Below are positions 44,573 to 57,501 of a stretch of DNA of 64,000 nucleotides, piece by piece. Numbering within the stretch: position 1 is the stretch's first letter; each line of letters opens with the position of its first letter. The notes beneath the pieces are model-generated. The model was not told the origin of the DNA and did no database searches. It saw only the letters and a program-made list of their open reading frames with translations. Source of the stretch: a virus; the IMG/VR virus record IMGVR_UViG_3300006045_000004, positions 26,180 through 90,179 of that record, one strand, 5' to 3'. The position numbers were made by a program, and so were the translations under genes.

Positions 44573-46311
44573 TGAAGATTAAATGTAGAGAATTAAGTGA
44601 TGGTAGATTTGATTTAAGTTTTCCTTATGACGAACAGTTTAAGGATAATATTAAAGCACTTCCATACAGAGAATGGAATCCTGATAAAAAAGCATGGACT
44701 GTAAATAAAGAAGGTTTACAAGTATTGCAAAATGCTTTTCAAGTACATGAATATGATATAATAGAAAGTAAAACAGAAAATAAAGGATTAGAATTATCAC
44801 TAATAGATAATGAGGAAGAAGAAACATTTAAATTAGATACTGAAAATCTTCCATTTATAAATAATAAATCTTATCAAAGATTAAAATATATAGCAAATCC
44901 AAGTGGATTATTTAGAATAAAAGAAATACTTGAAGAAAATGGTTTTAAAGTAAAAGAATTTGGTGAATGTAGTAGAGAAAAAACAATTCAACTACAACCA
45001 AATATCCAATTATATCCATATCAAGAAGAATGTGTTGAATTTTTCAGAGAACATAATTGGTCTGGTATAAATGCTATGAGCATGGGTCTTGGCAAAACAT
45101 TCACCAGTTTGATGTGTTTTTTTGAATCTGATGCAAAAAACCTTATGGTTGTTGCTCCTGCTGGATTATTACAACAATGGGCTGATGTAATTGAAGAAAG
45201 TTTTGGTACAAAAGCTGTAATAGTTAGTAGCAAAACTAAAAAGTCTGATAGAAAGTATTTATTACAAACAGAGCCATTAGTAATAACAAGTTTTGATATA
45301 CTATGGAGAGAAGACTATAATATTAATATCCAAGTAGATATGCTTATAATTGATGAAGCAAGTCGTATAAAAAATTGGAAAACAAGAAGAGCCCAAGCAC
45401 TTCATAATATAATCAGCAAATATCGTATAGCACTTACTGGAACACCAATAGAAAATAGATTATCAGAATTGTTTAATATAGCTGATAATACAGTTCCAGC
45501 TTTTTATGGAAGTCTTGGACAATTTTATCAAGAATACACAGAAGAAGATATAACAGGAAAACAACTTCCATTAGAATCTCTTTATGAAAAAAATAAAGAA
45601 TTAGTATTTAGAAAAACCGAACAAGATGTACCAGACCAATTACCAGAAAAAAGAGTAATGGAAATGTATACAAATCTATCAAGAAAAGAATTAAACTGTG
45701 CAGATAAAATTAAAGAATCTGATAAAGAAGCTATTGGTAAGTTAGCAATGTTAAAAGTGCATTCAAGTAATCCTGCAATATATATGGAAGACCTTGAAAA
45801 AAGTTCAAAAGAAGAATTACTTGAAGATATACTTGTAAATAATCTTGAAGGTAGAAAAATAGTTGTTTTTACTCAATATACTTCTAATATGCCACGATTT
45901 GAAAAAATAGCAGATGACAACAATATCCATGCACTTTATTTAAGTGGTAAGAATAGTAATAAGTTGGACGAAATTCGTGATAAGTTTGTTAATGAGGATT
46001 ATGGTGTTTTGTTTTTGTCTGAAGTTGGTGAGTTTGGTTTGGATAAATTGCAAGTTGCTGATGTTTTGATTAACTTTGATTTACCGTGGAATCCTTCTAA
46101 GTTACATCAAAGGGCTGGTCGTATTCATCGTTTAGGTTCTGAACATAGTAGTGTGTTAATTATAAACCTTGTAAGTAATGGAACATTAGATGAATATTTG
46201 ATTAAAGTTTTAAATGGTAAAATAGAGATTTCTACAAAAGCTTTAAAAGGTATTAAACAGTATATTATAGATGAATTAGAATTAGAAAATAGAGATTTGA
46301 AAATACAATAG
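44572..46311 (+). CDS. SNF2-family (SF2) helicase/ATPase with an N-terminal extension
   Basis: LYPYQ, MGLGKT, IIDEASRIKN, LTGTPIENRLSEL, FDLPWNP and QRAGRIHRLG motifs. Confidence 0.92.
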   Translation: MKIKCRELSDGRFDLSFPYDEQFKDNIKALPYREWNPDKKAWTVNKEGLQVLQNAFQVHEYDIIESKTENKGLELSLIDNEEEETFKLDTENLPFINNKSYQRLKYIANPSGLFRIKEILEENGFKVKEFGECSREKTIQLQPNIQLYPYQEECVEFFREHNWSGINAMSMGLGKTFTSLMCFFESDAKNLMVVAPAGLLQQWADVIEESFGTKAVIVSSKTKKSDRKYLLQTEPLVITSFDILWREDYNINIQVDMLIIDEASRIKNWKTRRAQALHNIISKYRIALTGTPIENRLSELFNIADNTVPAFYGSLGQFYQEYTEEDITGKQLPLESLYEKNKELVFRKTEQDVPDQLPEKRVMEMYTNLSRKELNCADKIKESDKEAIGKLAMLKVHSSNPAIYMEDLEKSSKEELLEDILVNNLEGRKIVVFTQYTSNMPRFEKIADDNNIHALYLSGKNSNKLDEIRDKFVNEDYGVLFLSEVGEFGLDKLQVADVLINFDLPWNPSKLHQRAGRIHRLGSEHSSVLIINLVSNGTLDEYLIKVLNGKIEISTKALKGIKQYIIDELELENRDLKIQ

Positions 46312-47908
46312 GTGTATAAGTATGAAGTTTAGAGTTGATGTTATTATTTTTGTGTTAGTGTTGGTTTTTGTTATTGCTATGTTGAGTTCTGCTTTTAGTT
46401 TAGCTCCAAACGAACAAAATATTGAACAAAATAACGAAGCCAAAGCAATAGTTATTTTCCATTTTAATGATGAAGACCATACATTAGAAGAATGTAACTT
46501 ATCATCAAGTAAAAAAAGGGTAGCTGAAATGAAAGAAACGGTGTAAATATGAGACAAAATACTTTTTATAGAAGAACTTTAATTTTCTTAGAGTTTGTTG
46601 GAGTTATTGTTGGAGTTTTAAGTGGAAACACAATATTAACTTATTTAAGTATTGGTAGTTTTATTGGAGGATGTTTATTAGGATTAGCACAATCATTAGA
46701 TGAGGGATAGATTATGAATATGGACGACTATACTAATAAAAGAGTAGAACTTCATAAAAAACTTGTTAAAGCAAAAGAAATTCTTGATAATACCAGAAAG
46801 TTGTTAGAAGAAAATCCTGGTGATTATGGATTAGAAATTGATGAGATTCAATGGTTTGGAATAGTTTCTGGTATTGAACAAGAAATTAGGTTTAATGAAG
46901 AAAATATAAAAAAAGAAAAAGAATTTAAAATGGCAAAAGAAAAAGCTGATTTAAGTCAAAAAATGTTAATAGATAGTTTAGATGGTAAATTTAAACAAAG
47001 TGATTATTGGAGGGATATAGATGGTTAAAGAAAGAAGGGTTGTACCAGATAATGTAGAGATAAAGAATGTTTTAGTTGAAACTGCAAGAGTTGGTCTTAC
47101 TTACAATAGTTTAAAACAAAGCTTAGGTTGTGAATTAATTTGGAATCAAGACGGTTTAGTTGGTAGAGAATTTATTAATATATGGGAGTTGCCTGATTTA
47201 CTTGATAAGTTAGATGTTGAGTATTTTGAAGATTTGGAAGGTCAACCACTTCGTATGGAGGGAGTTTTTAGTTTAGGCAGTCGTTCTGATATGATTCGTA
47301 TTGGTCAAATAGTAAAAGAAAAATGGTGGGTTAAACCAACAGAACAACCACAAGAATTATTAGATGCTTTTAATGATTATTTAGGAATAAGAAGGAGAAA
47401 TAAAAATGAAGATTGAAACCATAGGAAAAAGACATAAAAGTTTGTGGAGTTTATTATTTGGAGTATCAAGTATCTTATATATTTCACAACCAAAGTATAA
47501 CGAAGAAAAAGATAAATATTGTTTTAAGATAGAATGTTCATCAGGAGGAGTTGGAAGTTCTGGTAAAAATGAATATTCTTTATTTTATGTAAAAGATACT
47601 GCTGAATTTATAGCAGATATTAAAGAATATATGAAAAATCAAAGACCATTTGTAATACATTTAGATAAAAGAAGTCATACAATATTTGGAGATAAACTTG
47701 AAAGTTATGGAAGTATATTTATAAGTGATTCTAAAAGAGAATTACTTCAAAGATTAGAAGAAAACAAAGATAAAGATATTATGGAAGTGTTTAGCGATTC
47801 TAATTATGAAAAATATAGAAAGTGGTGTTAATTATGAATTTTATGATGTTTGTTGGTTTTGTTTTAATTATTCTTGGTGTTATTGGTTTAGGTATTAAAT
47901 TATTCTAA

Positions 47909-47929
47909 AAAAACCAAAACATTTATATA
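47909..47929 (+). promoter_or_regulatory. Second promoter class AAAAACCAAAACATTTATATA
   Basis: Identical 21-mer at 51643-51663; both intergenic and ending in a TATA box. Confidence 0.75.
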
Positions 47930-48202
47930 CTAAGAAAACTAATAGTTATTGTGAGGGTCAAAAAAACATGAATCATAAAGAAAATGTTAATTATAGAAAA
48001 GCCAAATGTTGTGGAACATGTAAATATTGTGTTTCAGATTACGATGGTGGTTTTGCTATTTGTTTAAAAGACCCAGACGGTGCAGAAGCACTAAGAAAAA
48101 AAGAAAGCGACATATATGAAGAATGGATAGATTGGGATAAAGATTTCGATACTTATTCTGAAATGTATGTTTGTGATAAATTTAAATGGAGGTAATAAAA
48201 TT

Positions 48203-48646
48203 ATGAAAATTGCAGATGCTTTAATACTCAGAAAAGAGTATAAAACTGTAAAAAACAACCTTGAAAGAAGAATAAGAAGAAATGCTAAGGTTGAAAAAGG
48301 TGGAACTCCTAATGAAGATGTTCTTAAACTTGTTGACGAATGGTCAGAAGTTGAAGAAAAACTTCGTAAATTAATCATCAAAATTAATCATAATAATCTT
48401 AATACTACATTAGAAAGTGGTATGATTGTTGCTGATGCTATCGCATACAAAAATAGTCTTATGAATAAGAAAAATATGTTAGACAATCTTATGCATGAGA
48501 GTATGGGTAGTTCTTATAGAGATGACCCAATAGAGCCATGTGTGGATATTGGTGACATCCAAAAAAAGATTTCCTTAATCTCAAAAGAGTACAGGGAAAT
48601 CAATAGTCAAATTCAGTTGTCAAATTGGCAAACTGAACTTGTTTAA
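48203..48646 (+). CDS. DIP1984-family helical protein
   Basis: MKIADALILRK...NAKVEKG.TPNED...KINHNN...IQLSNWQTEL pattern. Confidence 0.75.
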   Translation: MKIADALILRKEYKTVKNNLERRIRRNAKVEKGGTPNEDVLKLVDEWSEVEEKLRKLIIKINHNNLNTTLESGMIVADAIAYKNSLMNKKNMLDNLMHESMGSSYRDDPIEPCVDIGDIQKKISLISKEYREINSQIQLSNWQTELV

Positions 48647-48690
48647 ATAATATGTCGGTAGCTTTGATTATATAGTTAATGGGATACAAA

Positions 48691-48746
48691 CAACCGTGAA
48701 AAAGGACCTCTACAATTCAGTTGGTCACTATTCGTTGGTTCGGTTG
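48691..48746 (+). ncRNA. Weak candidate structured RNA
   Basis: CAACCG/CGGTTG stem enclosing GACC/GGTC, in a GC-elevated gap of about 200 bp. Confidence 0.2.
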
Positions 48747-48854
48747 ATGAGCCATAATACAATTTATGTGTTTACAATTTACTACCAGTATCATAATTAT
48801 ATGTTAAAGTGAGGGTTGGGAACTTGGGGATTATATTATTTATGGGGTTTTTAA

Positions 48855-48986
48855 TTGAAATGCAAAAATTGCAAAAAAACTATATCAGATAATTATTTTA
48901 ATGGATATTGTTTTTCATGCTATTATGAGAACAAAATATCCATTTCTGATATGGTTGTTAAAAAGATGACTGAAGTTTGGTGGTGA
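48855..48986 (+). CDS. 43-aa zinc-finger protein (not in the ORF track)
   Basis: TTG start; MKCKNCKK...YCFSCYY. Confidence 0.6.
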   Translation: MKCKNCKKTISDNYFNGYCFSCYYENKISISDMVVKKMTEVWW

Positions 48987-49867
48987 TAAATATGCCAAGA
49001 TATGATTTAGAAGATAGAATTTTTGTTTGTCCGTCTTGTAGGGTTGAGTTTAATCCTGTAATTGATTTAAGAGATGATTTGTCTAAAACAGAGTTTAGGA
49101 TTAGTGGTCTTTGTCAGAGATGTCAGGATAAGGTCTTTCAAGATATGGGAGGCAGAGCATGAGTTTTGTTGATTTTTTTAAAAGAAAAAATGTAGAGGAA
49201 AAAATAAAATTTAGAGAACCTGATGTTGATGAAGATATGCCAGGAGAGTTTGTAAGTAATACTTTTAATGAAGAAGAATTAAAAAAAATAGAAAAAGCAA
49301 AAATTCTAAAAGAAAGAAAAAAACAAGAATATGAAAAAAAAGAAATTTTATATGAAGATTATTATGAACCATTAAAAAAATATTTTATTCAAAAAATTGG
49401 TGATAGATTAAAATTTTGTAATCATGATTTCACTACATATAAAAGTGATGATTATATAAAGCTTAGGGTAAATGGAAAAGTTGTTATAACAAATGATTGT
49501 GGATTCATAGATGAATATGGATATTCTGATAAAAAACCCACATATTATAGATTTTTTTATACGGATGTTGATGGTAACTATGAAAGTTTTGATATTAAAA
49601 CACCAAATTCTTTAAAACTTTTTATTTTTGATTAAAGTGGTGTTTTTTTATGAATGGTTTTTATAAAATTTGTTCTGATGGAGTAAAATGGATTTCTTGT
49701 GAACTTGAAATACAAACACCAGAAACTTGTAATTTTGAACCAATTTATGAAGAAAGTTTAGATAAGACTTTTTGCCCTTGTTGTGATGAGGAAATGGTTA
49801 TGACAAGTACACCAGGTTTTAGTGAAGCTATAATGCAATGTACTTGGTGTGATTATATTTATAGTTA

Positions 49868-51644
49868 TTGATTTGTATGTTGGCTTATACAATACCACAA
49901 TATTTTGATATAGCAGTAAGAGAACTTATTTATCAACGAGAATATCTTGTTAAGACCAAAGAATCTCTTAAATTAATTCTTGATTCTAATTATGAAGATA
50001 ATTTTTGGTATCATTGTAGTATGATATCACTTTCATGTGACAAAGAATCTAAAAAAAAGAGTTTAATGACTATTAGATTAAATATATTTGGTTCTTATAG
50101 AATTAAATTTGATATTTTTCCACTTTATATTAAGTATACTGAATTTGAAGCTGATGGTGGTAGATTTAAAGTTATAAATAAAGGTAATTTTGATAGGTGA
50201 TTTTTGATGACTAAAAGAAGTAGTGAAGGATTGATTTTTGTTCTTACTGAATCAATTATAGCTTTAAAAAAAGAAAATTTAGACCAATATAATACTTCTG
50301 ATAATTATATATCAATAGAAAAACCTTTTACTAATTTTGGATTTTGGAAAGTATATAAAAAAATAACTTTTTCATCACAAAATTTTACATCAACATCAAA
50401 TTCTGCTGTTCCAATTCCTAATAAAAATTTTAAAATTAAAACCTATATAAGAAACAATAATCAAAAATATGTATTTATTATTACAAACTTTAGAATTTTT
50501 TATAAAGTTTATGAAGGAATGAGTACGGTTTTAGAAGAAGGTGTTCTTGTTGGGTGATGGTTATTTAACAGGAGAAGAATTAAGATATGCCCAAAAAGTA
50601 AGAAGAATGGAAATACTTCACAATAGAGCTATGTTTGTTTTTAAAGTTTTTTTATCAATAATGAATTGTGAGTGTTTCATACACCATTCAAAATATAATA
50701 TTTATTATTTTCCTGATAATATAACTAATGCTTATTTTTTTGAAAATTCAAGAACAAATTTTTTAGGTGCAAAGTTAAATATAAAAAAATCAGGAATTTC
50801 AATAGATATTTGGGATATTAATTCAGAATATTATTATTTAATTGCTAATAAAGATTTTGGTTATGGAGAAATTTATTATCAATATTTTGACCCAAGATTT
50901 AGTAATGAAAAAATTTTAGGAAATTTTTCAAAAAGTGATTTAAATGAGTGAATATCCGAAAGAAGATGTTATGGAGTTTTTTAAAGCTTGTATTGCAACT
51001 ATTACAAGAGGAACAGAACCTACACGACATAGATTTGATGGAGTAGATTTTTTATCATATTATAATCCATCAGCATATCCATATTTAGATGTTGTAAGGT
51101 TATATAAAATAAAAGGTTCTCAAATGCTTGTTGAATTTATAGGTAAAGGAAAAGATAATATAAGAAATATAAGTATTAAATATCTTTGTAATGCTAATTT
51201 TGATTGGGTAACTTATATAATAGAACTTCCAAATGGTACTGAAAAAGAAGGAAACTTTCAAAGGTCTGAATTATGAAAGAATATGAGGTGTATTTTGTGG
51301 ATATAGATAGAAAAATTTCTGATTTATTTTTTGACTGTTATAACATTGTTAAAACAGAACCAACAAAAAAGAACATCTCATATCTTTCTTTTAAAAAAGC
51401 TGATTTTATTGACAAATATCCTTATGTTTCACCAATAATACCAAATGTTATAGAAGTAACATTATCAAAAAGTTCAGGTTTTTTTGTTATAAATGTTTAT
51501 TATACAGTACAAGGTGGTACAATAGAAAGTGGTTTATTTGGTGCTGTATCATATAAAATAAAGAACACAGGGATTACATATGAAAGTATGGACGAAACTG
51601 GAAGAATGCATAGAGGAACTTTATCAAATGATATGTTATGGTAA
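49868..51644 (+). CDS. Tandem array of five roughly 110-135 aa probable paralogs
   Basis: C-termini KGNF, EGVL, LGNF, EGNF and RGTL; 50944 and 51273 share FF..C...TEPT...LS...YPY. Confidence 0.55.
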
Positions 51645-51663
51645 AAACCAAAACATTTATATA
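51643..51663 (+). promoter_or_regulatory. Second promoter class, copy 2
   Basis: Identical to 47909-47929. Confidence 0.75.
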
Positions 51664-51689
51664 GTATATATGATAAATAGGTAGTTTGT

Positions 51690-52407
51690 ATGAGTGTTGA
51701 AAATATGTATTTAAAAGAAGGAATGAACCTTGATTTTCGCAATATTTATGATTATATTAAAGAAAATCATGAAAGTTTTCATACATATAATGAAGATGAT
51801 ATTGAACTTTTAGATTATACTCCAACAGTAGATTTAAAAATACGAGGAATGCCAGAAATACAATTAGCTCATGTATTAATATTTAATAGACATAGAATAG
51901 GTATTCAAGCAAGATATGTTGATTTAGGTATTATATGGGATTTATATCATAAGTTTACATTTGTATTTTTTCATAATACTGATAATAATCCTGTAAAAGA
52001 TAATATATTAAATTTGGGTTTTACTCATTATCATGAATTTGAGAGGTTAAAAAATGATGGCAGATGAATTTAAGTATGGATATAAAAAATCAGAATTGAT
52101 TAATGGTTTTGATGAACTTGCTAATTTTATAAAAGAACACCATAATAATTTTGAAGTCCAAGATGATGGGTTATGTTATTCAACAGTATTTAATGGTACA
52201 CAAATAAGATTAAATATAAATGATAAAGAATTTTTTGTTGATTCTGTTGTTATTTCAACTGGAATGATAATTGGAGTTTCTTTTGTAAATACAGATTTTA
52301 TTATATTATTTAAACCATTAAGTAAAGAAACAATAGTAGTTTTCAATACAACACAAAGTTCTAATATAGATTTTTTTGAAAGATTAGGTTTTAGTGATAG
52401 ACAATGA
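51690..52407 (+). CDS. Pair of probable paralogs (51690-52067 and 52054-52407)
   Basis: FRNIYDYIKENHESF versus FDELANFIKEHHNNF; both end LGF. Confidence 0.55.
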
Positions 52408-54592
52408 GGTAGAGAAAGATGAAAATTGAGGATTTAATTTATAAAGTTAGAGATAAAGAAACAAATGAAGTTTTTGAATTAGATGAAATTGATTTTGAAG
52501 AAAAGTATTGTTTAAAGAAAGGTGAAAGTAGAGAAAATTTAACTTGGAATAGAGGTAAACTTTTTGATAAATATGAATTAATACCACCAGTAGTGTTTAA
52601 TAAAGTTATTGTTGGTACTGATGAGGGTTATAATCGTGCTTATAGTTTAAAATGTATTGGTTATAATGATAATACTGTTGTTTTAAGATGGGGTTCTTTG
52701 CCATTTTGGACTAAATCAGAAAGAGTAGTTGAGTTAATAGAACCTCGTGTTCCTGTAATGAAGAAGTTAGACAATTCTACACAAGATAAAATTAGGGATA
52801 TTTTGAAAGAATTGGGTTATAAAAACTTTAATGTAAATGGTGGTGGTTTTGAGATTAAAAGAAAAACTAATCTTAGTGCCAAACATTTACAAAAAATATC
52901 AAATATTTTAGGTGCTAAAATTACTCCTATTCCTCTTAGAACAAGAAAAAGTTTTGGTTGGTATTTTGAGGTTGTTATGAATCGTTATAAAAGAGTTGCA
53001 CCTTTTAATGAATTAAAAGTGGTGGAAGAATGAATAAAGAAGATGTTAAAAAAATAGCAAAAGAAAATTTAGAATTTGATGAATTACATGATTTATATGA
53101 AGAAAAGATAGATGAATATGAAAAAGAATATAAAAGCACTATTTATAATGTTATAAGTTCAAAAAATGATGATGATATAATTTTGTCTTATATAAATGAT
53201 GGTCATAATACAAAAATACTTTATCTTAAACCTGAATTATTAGTTCAATTCACAACTAATTTATTAAATAAATTAGAAAAACAATATCATTATTGTATGA
53301 GAGCATTAGCCCAAGATGGTATTGATAGAGTTGCTATTCCTTATTTTGAACATATGCATGTTGTGGTGAAAAAATGATAAATGATAGAATTGACCCTCGT
53401 TTTCGTGATTTAATGACAAAAGAATATTTAGTTTTTAATGAATATAAAAAAAGTTTAAGACTTTTAAATAAAACATTAAAGATAGCAAAAGAGTATTTAA
53501 TAGAGAATTATAAAGAACAACTTCGTTTTAGAGAAATTAAAACTGAGGTTAAAAAAACTAAAATAAATATAAAATTAATGGGAATGCATATTACTGATGA
53601 ACCTGATGAGAGGTCTCATTATATTACAAGAGAAGAAGCAACTGACCTTAAAACAAGATTAGGTGCAAGAGAAATAAGTAATCCATCATATCCATATTCT
53701 CATATTCGTCTTGGTTTTTGGTAATTTTTTAGAAAGATTTATATATGATGAATTATAATATAATATTTGTGTGAGTTTTATGAAGTTAAGCACCAGATTA
53801 GATTTAGAAGGACAATTAATATCCAGTATTGATACTGTTAGTGATATTGAGGATGTTATTAATTATTTTTTTAATCCTTTTTGTCTGGAAATGTTTCTTG
53901 ATTTCTTGAAAGCAACTAAATATGAAATAAGAAGAGCAATGGATAGACTTTCAGGAAGACATATTAACACATTAGAAATATCAAAAATGGAAGAAGAAAT
54001 AATAAACAGACTTGAAGATGAATTTCCTTCTATTAATTTTGAATATATTGAGTTTAAAATAGGTGTTGATGAAGATATGATTGGTAATCAGCTCACATAT
54101 AGTTTTAATCATGTAAAAATGATTAAAAGTTTGTTAGATAGTGATTTAAGTATTAATAATTTAAGGTGATATATGATGAAGAAATATAAATTTAAAAATT
54201 GTGAACACTCATATGACGAAACATGCGATGCCATATTTATATTTTTTGATAAAGACGGTGAATACGAAGTTTCAGAGGATATAGGAACAAGACAAACATT
54301 TTGTGTTATAGATGTTGATAAAAAAAATAATCCTCTTTCTATTGAGTTTTTGGACTTTTCAAAAATAATAAAAAGAGACATAGACGATATCCATAAAAGC
54401 TTAGTAGTTAAAGAAGTTATTTTAGAACCAGTTATTGGATATACTATTGTAACATTAGATATTATTGTTAATAAAAAGGAATTTGTTGTTAAATTGTTTG
54501 ATTGGAGTGATGATGATGTTTGATTGGGGAAGTTTTAGTATAGGAATGATGGTTGGTGTTATTTGGGTAATGTTTTTAAGGATGGTTTTTAG

Positions 54593-55846
54593 ATGATAAT
54601 TGAAGGAAAGTATAATAGTGCAAAGGTTTTTACAGATAACATAGATGAAACTACAAAACAGCAAATTAAATCACTATGTAATCAAAAACAATATGTAGAT
54701 AGCAAAATAAGGATAGCTCCTGACTGTCATGCTGGTGCTGGTTGTGTTATTGGCACTACAATGACAATAAATGATAAAATAACACCAAATTTGTTGGGTG
54801 TTGATATTGGTTGTGGAGTTACTGCTATAAAGTTTGATAATGTTGATATTGTTCCTGAAATGCTTGATGAAGTTATTAGAGAACATATTCCAAGTGGTTT
54901 TAATGTTGGAAGAGGTTCAAGGCAAAAATTGCTTGAAAAATATGATATACATTTAGATAAATTAAGATGTGAATATGACCCAAAAGTAAATATTATTAAA
55001 GGATATAAAGCTGTTGGCTCTCTTGGTGGAGGTAATCATTTTATTGAATTAAATAAATCTAATTTGGATGGGAATTTAATATTAGCTGTTCACTCAGGTT
55101 CTCGAGGAATAGGATTACAAGTTGCTACACATTATCAAAAATGTGCAGAAAAATACTGTAAAGAACTATATGATAGTAAATATAAAGAAGGTGTAAATTT
55201 AATAATTGAAGAGGCAGATGATAATACAATGATTGGTGAAAGTATAAATATTTATAAAGAAAGTTTTTATAGACCATCAAAAGATTTATCATACTTAGAT
55301 AATCAACTTATGGAAGATTATTTACATGATGTTGACATTATGCAAAAATATGCAAGTATGAATCGTAATGTAATTCTTGCTGATATTGTTTATAATTATA
55401 TTAATAAAGAAGAAAAGTTTTATGATGTTCTTGATACTGTTATTAATGCTATGAGCAGAATTGAATCTGTTCACAATTATATTAGTATTGATGAAATGAT
55501 TCTTCGTAAAGGGGCAATTTCAGCTCATAAAGATGAAACTTTGATTATTCCTATTAATATGAGAGATGGAAGTATTATTGGAAGAGGTAAAGGTAGTATT
55601 GATTGGAATTGTTCTGCTCCTCACGGTGCAGGAAGGATATTATCAAGAAAACAAGCAAAACAAAAAATCCAGTTAGATACTGTTAAGGAACAAATGAAAG
55701 GTATTTATACTACTTCATTAAATAATAAAACATTAGATGAAGCTCCTGATAGTTATAAACCAATTGATGATATTTTAGATAATATAGGAGATAGTGTTGA
55801 GATAATTGATATTGTAAAACCAATTTATAATTTTAAAGCTGATTAA
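54593..55846 (+). CDS. rtcB: RtcB RNA ligase
   Basis: PDCHAG, GVDIGCG, GGGNHFIE, VHSGSRG, HNY, RKGA, SAPHGAGR and DEAPDSYK motifs. Confidence 0.95.
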   Translation: MIIEGKYNSAKVFTDNIDETTKQQIKSLCNQKQYVDSKIRIAPDCHAGAGCVIGTTMTINDKITPNLLGVDIGCGVTAIKFDNVDIVPEMLDEVIREHIPSGFNVGRGSRQKLLEKYDIHLDKLRCEYDPKVNIIKGYKAVGSLGGGNHFIELNKSNLDGNLILAVHSGSRGIGLQVATHYQKCAEKYCKELYDSKYKEGVNLIIEEADDNTMIGESINIYKESFYRPSKDLSYLDNQLMEDYLHDVDIMQKYASMNRNVILADIVYNYINKEEKFYDVLDTVINAMSRIESVHNYISIDEMILRKGAISAHKDETLIIPINMRDGSIIGRGKGSIDWNCSAPHGAGRILSRKQAKQKIQLDTVKEQMKGIYTTSLNNKTLDEAPDSYKPIDDILDNIGDSVEIIDIVKPIYNFKAD

Positions 55847-55847
55847 T

Positions 55848-57501
55848 ATGTGTGAAGATTGTATTCATTATTCAGAAGGTTCTTTACATCGTGATGGTAG
55901 CATAGTTACTCATTGTGATGTATTTGGTGTTCTTTATTTTAATACAAATAACTACCATAAAGGTTATTCTAATTGTGAAGCTTTTAAATTAAGAAATTAT
56001 GAAATGAAATATCCAATTAAAATATATGTCAAAATACTTAAACAATGTTTAAATATTATAAATAATTATCCACCATTTATTAGTTTAATTAATAGTGAAA
56101 ATTTAGAATTAGCTGAAAGTAGTGAATCAAAAGCTTTTGAATATGAAAGAACAATAAATGTTGATGATAATATATTTATAATGAAAAATATTCTTACTAA
56201 AACTATTAATAGTATTACTGATTATGTGATTCATGTTGCTGAAAATGATAATAATTGTAGTATTATTAGATTTTATGTAAGTGGTGATGATAAATTAACT
56301 ATAAGAGTTAATACAGAGTCAGCACCAAATACTTTCGATTTAAAACAAAAGTGGTTAGACAATGTGTATTGATTGTAAGCATTTTAAACAATATGATAGG
56401 ATTACACTTAATAATCCATCAAATTACTCATGCGACAAAATAGGATACTTTAGTAATATTCCTGAATCATATCTTGGTTGTCAATTTTACCAAATGAAAG
56501 ATAAACAAATGGCTTATTCACTAAAACAATATATCCATATACTTCAAATGAGTGTGGCTGTTATTGATAAGTATGATATGAATGAGTTTTCTGATAGTGG
56601 TCATGCTTTATATGATAAGATTGGTTTTATGGTTGATGATTGTGTTTTCTTTTTTTATGAGATTTCAAGAGTTGAAGATTATTGGATTATTTTTGTAAAA
56701 GAGAAAGATGATAATCATCAGATGATTGGTAATGGTATTCGTTTTTTTGTATTTGATGATAAAATAGAGTGCGATACTGGTTTTGGAGGTCAAAGTAGTA
56801 GATTTTTAATAGATTTGCCAAGATATAATGATTTATTTTTAGAGGAGGTTTCTTTATGACTTTTATTACAAGAAAAAATCCAGTATTATATGCTACTATA
56901 TTATTATTAGTAAGACAAATTATTGATAGAATAGATTATCGAGATATATCAAGATATCCAAAAGTTACACATTATTTGTATGATGATGTCGGTATGATGG
57001 TTGAAGGTGAACAGTATTATTTTAATGAGATTGCTAAGCAAAATGATAATTCATCTTTTAGTATTTTTGTGAAAAGATATATTAATTATAATGAAAAAGA
57101 TAATTATGAGATAATTAGGTTTGGTATAAAACCAAATCAAAGAATTTTGGTTGACTTACAAGGTAAGGGGCAGTTTTATATTGGTGAACAAGATTTAAAG
57201 GAGGCATATTATGAAAGAACATAAAGTGGAATTATTTACAAAAGAATATAAGGATTTGTATAGCACTATTATGGAGTATATTGGTGAAAAAGAACCTGAT
57301 TTTGTTGATGATTTTATAATTGTATGGGAAGAACCTATGATTTATTTTGATTGGCGATATTATAAGAAATTATCAATTACTGAATTAGGAGTATTATTAA
57401 AAGTTGTTATGTTATCAAGTGATGATGGTTTTATTTCTTTTGGTGTTATACCTAATGAAAAACCTATGGTGATTAATACTTTTAGGAATGGAGGTCTTTA
57501 A
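55848..57501 (+). CDS. Tandem array of four probable paralogs (the first two have an N-terminal CxxCxH module)
   Basis: Shared Y..IL...I..Y helix and C-terminal I(R/S)F.(V/I) strand. Confidence 0.6.
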
